Assembly: GCA_051859245.1 (NCBI GenBank) | Contig: JBHYGA010000006.1 | Span: 192,001-256,000, forward strand | Length of the DNA stretch: 64,000 bases | Direction of reading: 5' to 3' | Origin: Gemmatimonadaceae bacterium | GTDB lineage: Bacteria > Gemmatimonadota > Gemmatimonadetes > Gemmatimonadales > Gemmatimonadaceae | Part shown: in pieces, positions 1-9,556 of the stretch | Layout: every line of letters begins with the position of its first letter | Numbering within the stretch: the stretch's first letter is position 1 | Notes under the pieces: generated by a model | What the model saw: only the letters and a program-made list of their open reading frames with translations | Databases searched by the model: none | Told to the model about the DNA's origin: nothing | Program-made: the position numbers and the translations under genes

Positions 1-1
1 C

Positions 2-448
2 GCGCGAACGGGTCGTCGTGCCAAATTGCGCACCGGTGGTGTGGTCCCCGATGCGTTTCCGACCGCGGATTCGATTGTGGCGTTCATTGACGCGTGCGTT
101 GAAGCGGGCGTGCCGTTCAAGGCCACGGCGGGTTTGCATCACGCCATGTGCGGGCACTACGCGCTTACCTACGCGCCCGATAGTGCAACGGCGCCAATGT
201 ATGGCTACCTGAATATTGCACTCGCTGTTGCGCTGCGATTGGCCAACGCATCGGGTGACGTGATGCTCAACGCGCTGCACGAATCGGATCGCTCCTCAAT
301 CACGTTCTCCGACGAAAGTGTGAAGTGGCGATCGCACACGCTTGATCGCACGCGCATCGCGCATATGCGGGAGCATGTGTTTACATCTTTCGGTTCGTGT
401 TCGTTTGCCGAGCCAGTGTCCGAAGGGCGCGCGATGGGTGCGTGGTAA
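2..448 (+). CDS. Conserved hypothetical protein upstream of fumarylacetoacetase (5'-truncated by window edge)
   Basis: Open frame from the left edge; motifs KLRTGG, FKATAGLHH, FxSFGSCSFxEP; stop TAA overlaps the ATG of the next gene (TAATG at 446-450). Confidence 0.75.
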   Translation, partial: ARTGRRAKLRTGGVVPDAFPTADSIVAFIDACVEAGVPFKATAGLHHAMCGHYALTYAPDSATAPMYGYLNIALAVALRLANASGDVMLNALHESDRSSITFSDESVKWRSHTLDRTRIAHMREHVFTSFGSCSFAEPVSEGRAMGAW

Positions 449-1776
449 TGGCGGATTCGTTGGAAAGTCTGGCGGCCACACTCGATCCGTCGCGCCGCAG
501 TTGGGTGGCGTCGGCGAACGAATCAGATACTGACTTTCCCATCCAGAATCTTCCGTTCTGCGTGTTTGAGCGCGAGGCGGAGTCTCCACGCGTTGGTGTG
601 GCGATTGGTGATCAGCTTGTCGATGTGTCCGCTGCATTCGACGCCGGCGTCTTCACGGGTGCGGCACTCGATGCGGCGCGCGCGTGTGGCGAACGCACTC
701 TGAACACGCTCATGTCGATGGGGCGAGCACCTGCGCGTGCGCTGCGTGTGCAACTGTCCGAGTGGCTCGCGACAACCGCCTCCACTGAACAGCGTGCGCA
801 GATCGAGCCACTGCTCGTTCCGATGCATGCTGTGCGTTTGCTGCTGCCGGCAACCGTTGGCGACTACACAGATTTTTACGCGTCGGTACATCACGCCACA
901 AATGTGGGACGCATGTTTCGCCCGGATCAGCCACTGCTGCCCAACTACAAATGGGTGCCGATTGGCTATCACGGACGCGCGTCCAGCGTGGTCGTGAGTG
1001 GTACGCCCGTCACACGTCCGGTTGGACAGCGCAAAGCACCAACAGACGATGCACCAACCGTAGGCCCATCACGCTCGCTCGATTACGAACTCGAACTCGG
1101 GGCGTGGGTAGGAGCAGGTAACGCACTCGGGAACACGATTGGCATTGATCGCGCCGAGGAGCATTTGTTCGGGGTCTGTTTGCTCAACGACTGGAGTGCG
1201 CGTGACCTGCAGTCGTGGGAGTACCAGCCACTCGGCCCGTTCCTGGCGAAGAACTTTGCGAGCACGGTGAGTCCGTTTGTTGTGACGCTCGACGCACTGG
1301 AGCCTTATCGGGCACCGCTGGCACCTCGGGATGCATCTGATCCGGAGCCGTTACCGTACTTGTCTGGCGCGGACGACCGCGCGCGCGGAGGTTTGAACAT
1401 CACGCTCGAGGTGTGGCTTCGCACGACGCGTATGCGTGATGCGGGACACAACGCGGTGCGCATTTCGCGCAGCAACTCGCTGGATCTGTATTGGAGCTTC
1501 GCACAAATGCTCACGCATCACGCGAGCAACGGGTGCAATATGCGAGCTGGTGATTTGATTGGCAGCGGTACGGTGTCGGGTCCGCTGCCGGGTTCGCAAG
1601 GCTGTTTGCTGGAGCTCACCAAGCGCGCGGCCGAGCCCATCGCGCTGCCCAATGGTGAGACGCGCGGGTTTCTTGAAGATGGCGATGAAGTGGTGCTGCG
1701 CGCGTTTGCGCAGCGCGACGGTGCGGTGCGAATTGGTTTTGGTGCGTGCGCCGGTGTGGTGGTTGGCTCGCAGTAG
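448..1776 (+). CDS. fahA: Fumarylacetoacetase
   Basis: DFPIQNLPF, GDYTDFYASxxHATNVG, PIGYHGRASS, LDYELE, NDWSARDxQxWEYQPLGPF motifs. Confidence 0.95.
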   Translation: MADSLESLAATLDPSRRSWVASANESDTDFPIQNLPFCVFEREAESPRVGVAIGDQLVDVSAAFDAGVFTGAALDAARACGERTLNTLMSMGRAPARALRVQLSEWLATTASTEQRAQIEPLLVPMHAVRLLLPATVGDYTDFYASVHHATNVGRMFRPDQPLLPNYKWVPIGYHGRASSVVVSGTPVTRPVGQRKAPTDDAPTVGPSRSLDYELELGAWVGAGNALGNTIGIDRAEEHLFGVCLLNDWSARDLQSWEYQPLGPFLAKNFASTVSPFVVTLDALEPYRAPLAPRDASDPEPLPYLSGADDRARGGLNITLEVWLRTTRMRDAGHNAVRISRSNSLDLYWSFAQMLTHHASNGCNMRAGDLIGSGTVSGPLPGSQGCLLELTKRAAEPIALPNGETRGFLEDGDEVVLRAFAQRDGAVRIGFGACAGVVVGSQ

Positions 1777-1816
1777 TGCAGCAGGTCCTGTCTACATTCC
1801 TGAAGTGGAGAGAACA

Positions 1817-2521
1817 ATGCAGATGATGAAGCGTTCAATGTTGGCGCTCGCCGCGGCGGCGTTGCTGCCGACCGTGGTGATGGCGCAGGCAGACAGTGAA
1901 GAGTCGCGGAAAGTGGCTGGCGGTGGCATTTCAATTCCGGGCTGGACTGGTGTGATCGATGCCAAGGAAAAGGCGGCCGGTCAGGTGCTCAACAACGCCA
2001 AGCTGTCGATGGACGGCAAAGTGATGAAGGTGGTGACGGGTCCCGCGGTCACGTACTGGAATCCGGCCAACAAGGCCACGGGTGATTACACGGTCAAGGC
2101 CACGTTCAATGAACCGCAGTTCATGAATGTGAACAACCACGCGCATCCGTACGGCATTGTGATTGCCGGCAACGATCTTGGCACGGACGCAGGCAGCTAC
2201 CTCTACTGCGCGGCGTACGGCGACGGACGTTTCATTGTGCGCGGCATGGGCCCGGCACCGTTCCAGATGAACGGTCGCGGTGAAGCCAACGCGGCGATCA
2301 ACAAGGCCGCCGGCAAGATGTCGCCGGTGTCGCAGGAAATCGCCGTGTCAGTCAAGGGCAACAGCGTCACGTGCGCGATCAACGGCACGGTTGTGGGCAC
2401 GTATGACAAGGCCGCGCTCGTTGGCGCGGGCAAGCTCAAGTCAACGGACGGTGTGTACGGAATTCGCTTTGGTCACAATACCGACGCAACGGTGAGCGGC
2501 TTCACGATGACCAAGCCGTAA
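1817..2521 (+). CDS. Secreted beta-rich protein (concanavalin/LamG-like fold suspected)
   Basis: GGAG RBS, signal peptide ending VMA-Q, beta-strand pattern ending GVYGIRFGHN. Confidence 0.6.
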   Translation: MQMMKRSMLALAAAALLPTVVMAQADSEESRKVAGGGISIPGWTGVIDAKEKAAGQVLNNAKLSMDGKVMKVVTGPAVTYWNPANKATGDYTVKATFNEPQFMNVNNHAHPYGIVIAGNDLGTDAGSYLYCAAYGDGRFIVRGMGPAPFQMNGRGEANAAINKAAGKMSPVSQEIAVSVKGNSVTCAINGTVVGTYDKAALVGAGKLKSTDGVYGIRFGHNTDATVSGFTMTKP

Positions 2522-2543
2522 CACGCGGCAATCTGTTGCGGGC

Positions 2544-3371
2544 TCAGTGCGACGGGTTCGGTGTGTGAAAGGAACCGGTGAGGCGCGCGATGATGGCGCG
2601 CACACCGGTTTTTTTCTTGCGCGCTGGTTTCGGCGTCACGCCGAGCAATGCCATCTGATGTGCGCGCACCGTCGCCTCGGCCGCCGCCAAACGCGCCAGC
2701 GCCTTCTTCTGTTTGCGCAACTTCCAGCGTTTCGCGATCCACAGCACTGATGTGCCGGTCACAATGGAAACGCCCGCACCAATGAGGCCCAAAGTGAGTC
2801 CGAGTTCCTGCAGCTGCCCCTGACGCACGTGCTCAGGTACCGCGGCCATGAACGCGTAGCCGAAGCTCGCCCACAGGGCGACGAATTGGCCATTCATGGC
2901 CCAACTGCGACGAGTCTTGCGATGCAGCGCCAACAACCCCAACGCTGCACCAGACGCAAGCACTGCAGACACTTCGGAGAGATCACCGGGATCAAACGCC
3001 GCAGCACCACCCATTGCGCCGAGCGCTGTTCCGGTTGCCACCGACGCCGCGGTGAGCCAACGACGCCACGAGGAGATCTCCGCCTCGCTCGTCACCACGG
3101 GCGCCGAGGATTGCGCGACCGCGCTCGCGAGCGCCGAAAGCTCTTCAGCTTGTTTGACGAGCAGCTGCTCGCTCGCATGCGGCACGCGCTCCAACGCAAC
3201 GCGATCGAGTACAATGCGCTCCTTGAGCGCCTGCTCGAGTGCGATCGGCGAGATCTGCAGTTCCTGCGCCCGCTCCCGAAGCGCCGAGAACGCGCGCCCC
3301 TGCGTGTCGATCTCCGCGGCGCGCGCCAGGATCTGCTCGATTTCCTGCGGCGAGAGGGGCTGGTCGGTCAT
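2544..3371 (-). CDS. Membrane protein, tandem paralog 4 of 4
   Basis: N-term PLSPQEIEQILARAAEID...LRERAQELQISPIALEQAL; about 4 hydrophobic helices; tail SFHTPNP. Confidence 0.8.
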   Translation of the reverse strand: MTDQPLSPQEIEQILARAAEIDTQGRAFSALRERAQELQISPIALEQALKERIVLDRVALERVPHASEQLLVKQAEELSALASAVAQSSAPVVTSEAEISSWRRWLTAASVATGTALGAMGGAAAFDPGDLSEVSAVLASGAALGLLALHRKTRRSWAMNGQFVALWASFGYAFMAAVPEHVRQGQLQELGLTLGLIGAGVSIVTGTSVLWIAKRWKLRKQKKALARLAAAEATVRAHQMALLGVTPKPARKKKTGVRAIIARLTGSFHTPNPSH

Positions 3372-3375
3372 AGGG

Positions 3376-4089
3376 TCAGATCGGAGTGCTGAAGTGCGGC
3401 GGCAGCGGGGTGGAGAACGTCCGCGCCCCTTCGGAATGATAACCAGACGGCGGGCCGAGGTTGCTCCGGTCGGGTTGGCGAGCGGCCGTGTGTGATCGCG
3501 CGCGCGCACTCGCCGTCTCGCGCCACTTCACCAGGAGCCGTCTCGCCTGATGCACCAAGCCGCTGATCGTCGCACTCACACCACCGCCGATGAGCGCCAT
3601 TTCAAAGGCCCAGCCCTGAAACTCGCCGTGTCCCACGGCCCAGCCGTAGGCGTAACTCGCCCAGAGTACGGCGATGCGCCCGAACAGCGCCCAGGGTCGC
3701 GCATCGCGGCGATAGGGCCAGGTGAGCGTGATGCTCAGGGCGATCAGCAGGAACACCGTGAACTCGGTGAGACTGTCGCCCCCTGGCGGTCTGTAATCCA
3801 GGCCAGCGGCCATGCCGCTGAGCGCCCCCACGCCAACCGTTGCGGCCGCGAGCCAGCCGCGGAATCGTGACCGCATCGACGTCGGTGTCTTGATCGACGC
3901 AGCGATCACAGCCACTTCCTTTTCGCGCGCGATCTCCGCCAGTGCCTGATCCATTGCCGCTGGCGAAATGTTCAGCTGTGCGGCGATGTCGCGCAGTTGA
4001 GTAAGCTGCGCATCATTGCGTGTATCAAGTTCGCGCGCCCGCGCGATCACGCGTTGCAGCTCGTTCTCGTTGAGTGGTGTGGGCGACAT
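3376..4089 (-). CDS. Membrane protein, tandem paralog 3 of 4
   Basis: N-term PLNENELQRVIARARELD...LRDIAAQLNISPAAMDQAL; about 4 TM helices; tail FSTPLPPHFSTPI. Confidence 0.8.
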   Translation of the reverse strand: MSPTPLNENELQRVIARARELDTRNDAQLTQLRDIAAQLNISPAAMDQALAEIAREKEVAVIAASIKTPTSMRSRFRGWLAAATVGVGALSGMAAGLDYRPPGGDSLTEFTVFLLIALSITLTWPYRRDARPWALFGRIAVLWASYAYGWAVGHGEFQGWAFEMALIGGGVSATISGLVHQARRLLVKWRETASARARSHTAARQPDRSNLGPPSGYHSEGARTFSTPLPPHFSTPI

Positions 4090-4118
4090 GGATCAGCGGG
4101 TGAGGGTGTTGACAACGG

Positions 4119-4763
4119 TCACGGTACTGGTGTCGCAAAACTCTGGCCGCTCGCACTTACGTTGCCCGAAGCATCGGAATGCTCTCGCAGCGGCAATCGC
4201 GCGATCACACCAGTCGCCATGGCAATTGTGAGGCCAACCGCCGCAAATCCGGCGATATCCTCGTGAAACGACTGCGTTGTGAACGAAAAACCCAAGCACC
4301 ACGTGAGCCAGAACGTGGCGAGTTGTCGCAGCATTGGCCCGATGTGTGTGCGCTCGCGATAGAGCAGCACAATCAACAGCGAAGCGAGCGTGAGTGCGCC
4401 AAGTGTGACACTTGCGAACTCGACACTGATCGGTTGCGTGATCGCACGGCTCGCATGATTTACGCCCGCGATTGCACCCGCGATCGTCCCCGCCGTCGCA
4501 ACGGCGGCAGTGGCCGTCGCAATCCACCGCCGTGCCAACCGCCGGGTACTGCCAGACACACTCTGCTGTGTTGGCACCGCTGCAGCTTTCACACGCTCGT
4601 ACTCTGCCAGCGCCTGCTCGACCGCGCGCGGCGAGATATCGAGCTCCGCCGCAATTTCACGCAGTCGTGCGCGCGACTGCGATTCACCACCTGCGTCAAT
4701 CTCTGCTGCGCGCGCCAGGACGCGTTGCAGCTCGTGCTCGTTGAACGGTGTGTCAGGCATCAT
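4119..4763 (-). CDS. Membrane protein, tandem paralog 2 of 4 (start 4760-4766 uncertain)
   Basis: N-term PFNEHELQRVLARAAEID...LREIAAELDISPRAVEQAL; about 4 TM helices; tail SFATPVP. Confidence 0.8.
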   Translation of the reverse strand: MMPDTPFNEHELQRVLARAAEIDAGGESQSRARLREIAAELDISPRAVEQALAEYERVKAAAVPTQQSVSGSTRRLARRWIATATAAVATAGTIAGAIAGVNHASRAITQPISVEFASVTLGALTLASLLIVLLYRERTHIGPMLRQLATFWLTWCLGFSFTTQSFHEDIAGFAAVGLTIAMATGVIARLPLREHSDASGNVSASGQSFATPVP

Positions 4764-4796
4764 CACCTCGTGGTCAGGAGCGTGAGCGCCGAACGA

Positions 4797-5468
4797 TCAG
4801 GGGTTCGGCGTGGCGTACGAGGAAGGCAGGGGGGTGATGTACGACGACCCTTTGCGCGTGATGTGGTAGCGCTGCAGGAGTGTTTGCAAGCCAACACCAA
4901 CCATGGCAGACACGCCGAATCCGCACGTGCCAACAAACAAAATGTCGTCCCAGAAGTGACCGTATGACGTCATGAAACCGTACATCCACGTACCCCAGAA
5001 CGAGGCGAGCTGCAGCATCATCTGCGCTGGCGAGCGACTTCGTCGATGCGACCACACAAGCAGCAACGAAATTCCGGCGAGCAAACTCAGCGTGGTGGCG
5101 ATCACCACATCATCGTAGCGGAAGTTCGCGCGCGACGACGCGCCCGTCACGGCGCCCAACGCTGCACCTGCAGCGACCACGCCAGCCGTGATCCAGGTTT
5201 TCCACCGCGCTGTGCGACGGGGTGGCGCATCTGCGATATGGTCGGCCGCCTGCACCGCGAACTGCGGATGCCCATCGCGCACGACCGGCACACCAACCCC
5301 TGCTACACGCTCCGCAATCGCTCGCTCAATCGCCACCGGCGAAAGATTTAGCTCCACTGCGATTTGTCGAAACCGCTCAATCGTTGGTGCAGATTCCTGC
5401 GCGTCAATTTCAATCGCGCGCGCAATCAGTCGTTCCAGTTCCTGCTCGCTCAGCGGTGCATCAGACAT
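4797..5468 (-). CDS. Membrane protein, tandem paralog 1 of 4
   Basis: N-term PLSEQELERLIARAIEID...FRQIAVELNLSPVAIERAI; about 4 TM helices; tail YITPLPSSYATPNP. Confidence 0.8.
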   Translation of the reverse strand: MSDAPLSEQELERLIARAIEIDAQESAPTIERFRQIAVELNLSPVAIERAIAERVAGVGVPVVRDGHPQFAVQAADHIADAPPRRTARWKTWITAGVVAAGAALGAVTGASSRANFRYDDVVIATTLSLLAGISLLLVWSHRRSRSPAQMMLQLASFWGTWMYGFMTSYGHFWDDILFVGTCGFGVSAMVGVGLQTLLQRYHITRKGSSYITPLPSSYATPNP

Positions 5469-5527
5469 GGGCTCTCCGGGGCTCTGTGGTCCACCCACAA
5501 ATAATACGGTTTCGTTTCATCGCTCGC

Positions 5528-6145
5528 TCATCGCTCGCTCATCGCGATCACGGTGTTCCACTCGGCTTCCGTGACCGGAACCACAGAGAGCCGCCCCACC
5601 CGAATCAGCGCCATCTCCGAGAGCGCCGGCTCAGCCTTGATTTCCGGCAGTGCGACGGCGCGCTTCAGTTTGCGCACCGCTTTCACATCAACCATGAACC
5701 ACGTTGGCATCTCGGGATCTGACTTGTCGTCGAAATACGCGTGCGTGGGATCCCACGCCGTGTGATCCGGATAGCCTTCGCGCACCACCTCGCAAATGCC
5801 CACAATCGCCGAGGGTTCAGCGTTCGAGTGGTAGTAAAAGACGAGGTCGCCACGCTTCATACCGTCACGCAGAAAATTGCGCGCGCCCGTGTTGCGCACA
5901 CTGTCCCAGCACGTCGTGCGTTTGGGCGCCGCTTCGAGATCGTCAAACGAAAACACATCAGGCTCGGATTTCACGAGCCAGTAGCGACGCTCGCCGTTCG
6001 CACGCGCATACACGTGCGCCCACTTACCCTGATCATACGGCATGGACTGCGGAGCCTTTTTCGCCGCAGACTTCTTCCCAGCCGACTTTTCTGATGCGCT
6101 GACTGCCGTTTTTGCCACTTTCTTCACCGCCTTCTTCACCGCCAT
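5528..6145 (-). CDS. EVE domain protein (THYN1-like) with Lys/Ala-rich N-terminal extension
   Basis: YWLVKSEP, WDSVRNxxARNFLR, FYYHSN, RLSVxPV motifs. Confidence 0.9.
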   Translation of the reverse strand: MAVKKAVKKVAKTAVSASEKSAGKKSAAKKAPQSMPYDQGKWAHVYARANGERRYWLVKSEPDVFSFDDLEAAPKRTTCWDSVRNTGARNFLRDGMKRGDLVFYYHSNAEPSAIVGICEVVREGYPDHTAWDPTHAYFDDKSDPEMPTWFMVDVKAVRKLKRAVALPEIKAEPALSEMALIRVGRLSVVPVTEAEWNTVIAMSER

Positions 6146-6385
6146 ATCCCAACGCTCCACACGTGTGCTAATTCCGAAGGGACCTGCGGCCGCATCGTCG
6201 GCCACCGGTCGAACGGCTGAACGTACCTACGGACAACGACCCCCGGAATCTTCAGGTGCCCGCACGCCGCGCTCACCGAATGCCGCTCCAAGCATGCTCC
6301 GCGCTAACCGCACGATGCAACGTCCGCACGCACCGGCCCGTAGCTGCACCGAACCTCACGCCCCGCACGCCCGCGCATTAACATC

Positions 6386-7261
6386 TTGGCCGTGGACATC
6401 ACGACAGAATCAGCCATTCCGGGGCGCGCGCTCGCGGCCATCGACTTTGGCATCAGCAACACCGACGCGGTCAGCCTCATCGACGGCACCGTGTATCGCT
6501 GGACGCGCCCCACCGACGGCGTGCCCAACGATGAGGTCGTGCATTCCGTGCTCGCCGAAGGCGGGTTGTCCCTCGCGGTATTGCCGCATCTCGCGGTGAC
6601 GGGCGGTCGCCACCGCATTTTGCCCGCGCGCATTGACAGCATTCCGCTGCGGGCTGTGAACGAAGTCACCGCCATTGGACGTGGCGGACAAACCCTCGGT
6701 GCTATCGACGAAAGCAATACGACCGCACCAATGCTTGTCGTGAGCGCCGGCTCCGGCACTGCCGTGGTCGCCGCGCGCGGACGCGAATACGCGCATGTGA
6801 CCGGAACCGGTGTGGGCGGTGGCACCCTGCAAGGGCTGGGACGACTACTGCTGGGGACGAATGACGCCAAGGCGATTGACGCACTCGCACAAACCGGCAA
6901 CGCCAACGGCGCCGATCTCAGCATTGGCGATGTCATCAGCGGCAAACTCGGTACACTCCCTCCCGATGCAACCGCGGTGAACTTTGGTCGACTCGCGCAC
7001 CTCGCGCCGGATGCGTCAACGCCCGATCTCGCGGCCGCGCTCATGACGCTCGTGGGACAAGTCATTGCCATCACCGCGATCAACGCTGCACGCGCCGAAC
7101 GACTCGATCGCATTGTGATGATCGGACACATGACCGACATGCCGAGCTTTCGGTCGGTGGTTGAGCGCGTGGGCGAGTACTACAGCACAGAAATCACGCT
7201 CCCGCTGCACGCCGGCTTCGGCACGGCGATCGGCGCGATGTTGCACGAGGCCAACGGCTAG
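6386..7261 (+). CDS. Type II (Fumble-family) pantothenate kinase-like protein
   Basis: ASKHA motifs DFGISNTD, VTGG, NEVTAIGRG, VSAGSGT, GTGVGGGT, TAVNFG. Confidence 0.75.
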   Translation: MAVDITTESAIPGRALAAIDFGISNTDAVSLIDGTVYRWTRPTDGVPNDEVVHSVLAEGGLSLAVLPHLAVTGGRHRILPARIDSIPLRAVNEVTAIGRGGQTLGAIDESNTTAPMLVVSAGSGTAVVAARGREYAHVTGTGVGGGTLQGLGRLLLGTNDAKAIDALAQTGNANGADLSIGDVISGKLGTLPPDATAVNFGRLAHLAPDASTPDLAAALMTLVGQVIAITAINAARAERLDRIVMIGHMTDMPSFRSVVERVGEYYSTEITLPLHAGFGTAIGAMLHEANG

Positions 7262-7332
7262 ACCAGAATTGAAGGGTCTCCAGCGGTGTCGCTTGAGCGC
7301 ATGCTGTTTGTCCCCTTCAAGAGCCCACGTCT

Positions 7333-9132
7333 ATGCGGCGTTCTGCACTCCCTCGCACGTTTCTGATGCTTCCGTTGCTGGCCGCGCCAGCCGTGTTGCA
7401 CGCGCAGTCGGTCAATCGCTACGGTAACCCGGAAAAACTCGCGCCCGCGCCCACAGCGGCCGACATCACCGAGCGCGATCTCAAGATTCGTCTCTATCAG
7501 TTCGCTGACGATTCCATGCAGGGTCGACAGGTTGGTCGACTCGGCAATCAGAAAGGCACTGACTTCATTGCCGCTGAGGTCAAGCGACTCGGTTTGCTTC
7601 CCATGGGCGATGGCGGCACGTACTTCCAGGTGCTGCCGTATCATCTGCGCAAGTTCACGCCGAGCTCGCGTCTGGCCGTGAACGGTAATCCACTCACGTG
7701 GAATGAAGACTTTGTGGCCGTGCCGGGCGCACGTGCACCGCGTGCGATCAGCAATGTTGACGTGATCTTTGGTGGCACGCTCGGCGACACCACCACGCAG
7801 ATTTCGGCGGCGCAAGCGGCGGGCAAGTTCGTTGTTGTGTTGCCTGCAGCGGGCAGCCGTGGTGCCGGTGGTCCGCAGGGACCGCAGGCGTTTGGTGGAC
7901 CACGTGGTGCTGCGCCCGCCGCATCACGTTTTGCCGATGCCGCGGCGGTAGCCACGGTTGATCTCGACGCACTGAGCATGGCACAGCGCGCGGCGATCAA
8001 CACACCAACGGTTGCATCGCAGCCTGTCGCCCCCCGCGTCGCACCACCGGCCGCCGGAGCACAGGTGGATTCCCTCGCGCTGCTCAAAGCACAGCTCGCA
8101 GCGTTGCAGCCACAGGCCACGCTGCGCATCACACGCGCGGCTGCCGCCAAGCTGTTCGCGCGCACATCGCTTGATGGGTTGAGCGCTGGTGCATCGGGCG
8201 GTGTCGTGAACGCGTCGCTGCATTTTGTCGAAGAGCCCACCAACTTCGGTCGTAATGTGGTCGCGGTCATTCCCGGCAGCGATCCCGTGCTCAAGAATCA
8301 GTATGTCGCGATTGGCGCGCACAACGATCACGTGGGTTTCGCCGCGCCGGTGGACAAGGATTCCATCAAGGCGTTCAACGATATGCGCATCAAGTGGCAG
8401 CTAGCGAACGACATGAAGAACGCGCCAATCGATGTGATCGCGTCGTTCAAGGTGAACATGGACAGCATTCGTCGCATTCACCCCACGCCGCGCATGGACT
8501 CGATCAACAATGGTGCGGACGACGACGGTTCAGGCTCCATGGCCGTGCTCGAAGTTGCGGAAGCGATGATGGCCATGCCGGTCAAGCCAAAGCGTTCCAC
8601 GATTTTCGTGTGGCACACGGGTGAAGAAGGCGGACTCGTTGGCTCAGCGTTTTACGCGCGTTTTCCCACGGTGCCGATTGATTCCATCGTGGCCGCGATC
8701 AATGTGGACATGATCGGACGTGGTCGCGCTGAAGATCTGCCCGGCGGCGGCGATGACTATGTGGGCGTGATCGGCTCCTTCTTTGACTCGAAGGATCTCG
8801 GCGACATGGTGCAGGCCGTGAACAAGAAACAGAGCAAGCCGCTCAACTTTGACTACAAGTTCGACGAGCCGATCGATTGGGCCAACTACAACAATATTTA
8901 CGGCCGCAGCGATCACATCAACTACGCGCGTCAGGGCATTCCGATTGCGTTTTTCTTTACCGGACTGCACGGCGACTATCACCAGCGCAGTGATGAAGCC
9001 GAGTTCATTGATTATCCGCACTACGCGAAGATCACGAACTATCTCAAGAATCTGACGGTGGAAGTGGGCAACGGTCCGCGCCCGAAGTTGAACGGCACGA
9101 AGCCGCTCAAGCCGAAGGTGATTGGCGAGTAA
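7333..9132 (+). CDS. Secreted M28 family metallopeptidase with PA-like insertion
   Basis: Signal peptide; GAHNDH, NGADDDGSG, GEEGGLVGS, NVDMIGR, RSDH, DYH. Confidence 0.9.
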   Translation: MRRSALPRTFLMLPLLAAPAVLHAQSVNRYGNPEKLAPAPTAADITERDLKIRLYQFADDSMQGRQVGRLGNQKGTDFIAAEVKRLGLLPMGDGGTYFQVLPYHLRKFTPSSRLAVNGNPLTWNEDFVAVPGARAPRAISNVDVIFGGTLGDTTTQISAAQAAGKFVVVLPAAGSRGAGGPQGPQAFGGPRGAAPAASRFADAAAVATVDLDALSMAQRAAINTPTVASQPVAPRVAPPAAGAQVDSLALLKAQLAALQPQATLRITRAAAAKLFARTSLDGLSAGASGGVVNASLHFVEEPTNFGRNVVAVIPGSDPVLKNQYVAIGAHNDHVGFAAPVDKDSIKAFNDMRIKWQLANDMKNAPIDVIASFKVNMDSIRRIHPTPRMDSINNGADDDGSGSMAVLEVAEAMMAMPVKPKRSTIFVWHTGEEGGLVGSAFYARFPTVPIDSIVAAINVDMIGRGRAEDLPGGGDDYVGVIGSFFDSKDLGDMVQAVNKKQSKPLNFDYKFDEPIDWANYNNIYGRSDHINYARQGIPIAFFFTGLHGDYHQRSDEAEFIDYPHYAKITNYLKNLTVEVGNGPRPKLNGTKPLKPKVIGE

Positions 9133-9556
9133 GGTCTATCTGCACAGGAAACCCCTCACGCTCGGCGGCTTCGGCCAATCGACTGTCGAGCGTGAGGAAA
9201 GGGAGCGAGGGCGCGGAAAAACCACTCGCAACAATTGCGGCCGCCAACTGCAAAGCGTCGGCCGCGCGCAGGCGATGTGTGCGAAGCAATCGTGCGGCTT
9301 GTATGCGCACGTCATCGATGGCTGGCACTTCGCTCCACCGTGCGGCCAACTCATCAAGTCGTGCTAGTGAAGCGCGTGTCTGTGTAGCAGGCAACGCGCC
9401 CTCGCGTTCAAGGCGCGCGATTGCAGACACACATTCAACGCGTGTCCCCCACCATGTCACGATGGCGGAGTCTGCTTCGACCTGTCGTGTGATCACGTCC
9501 GACGTGGCCTCGCGCACCAAGAGAGGCAAGATCGCGCTCGTGTCCCAATAGCGCAC
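9107..9556 (-). CDS. vapC: VapC family PIN-domain toxin
   Basis: YWDTSA, ECxSA, LRAADALQLAAA, TLDxRL. Confidence 0.9.
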   Translation of the reverse strand: MRYWDTSAILPLLVREATSDVITRQVEADSAIVTWWGTRVECVSAIARLEREGALPATQTRASLARLDELAARWSEVPAIDDVRIQAARLLRTHRLRAADALQLAAAIVASGFSAPSLPFLTLDSRLAEAAEREGFPVQIDLTRQSPSA

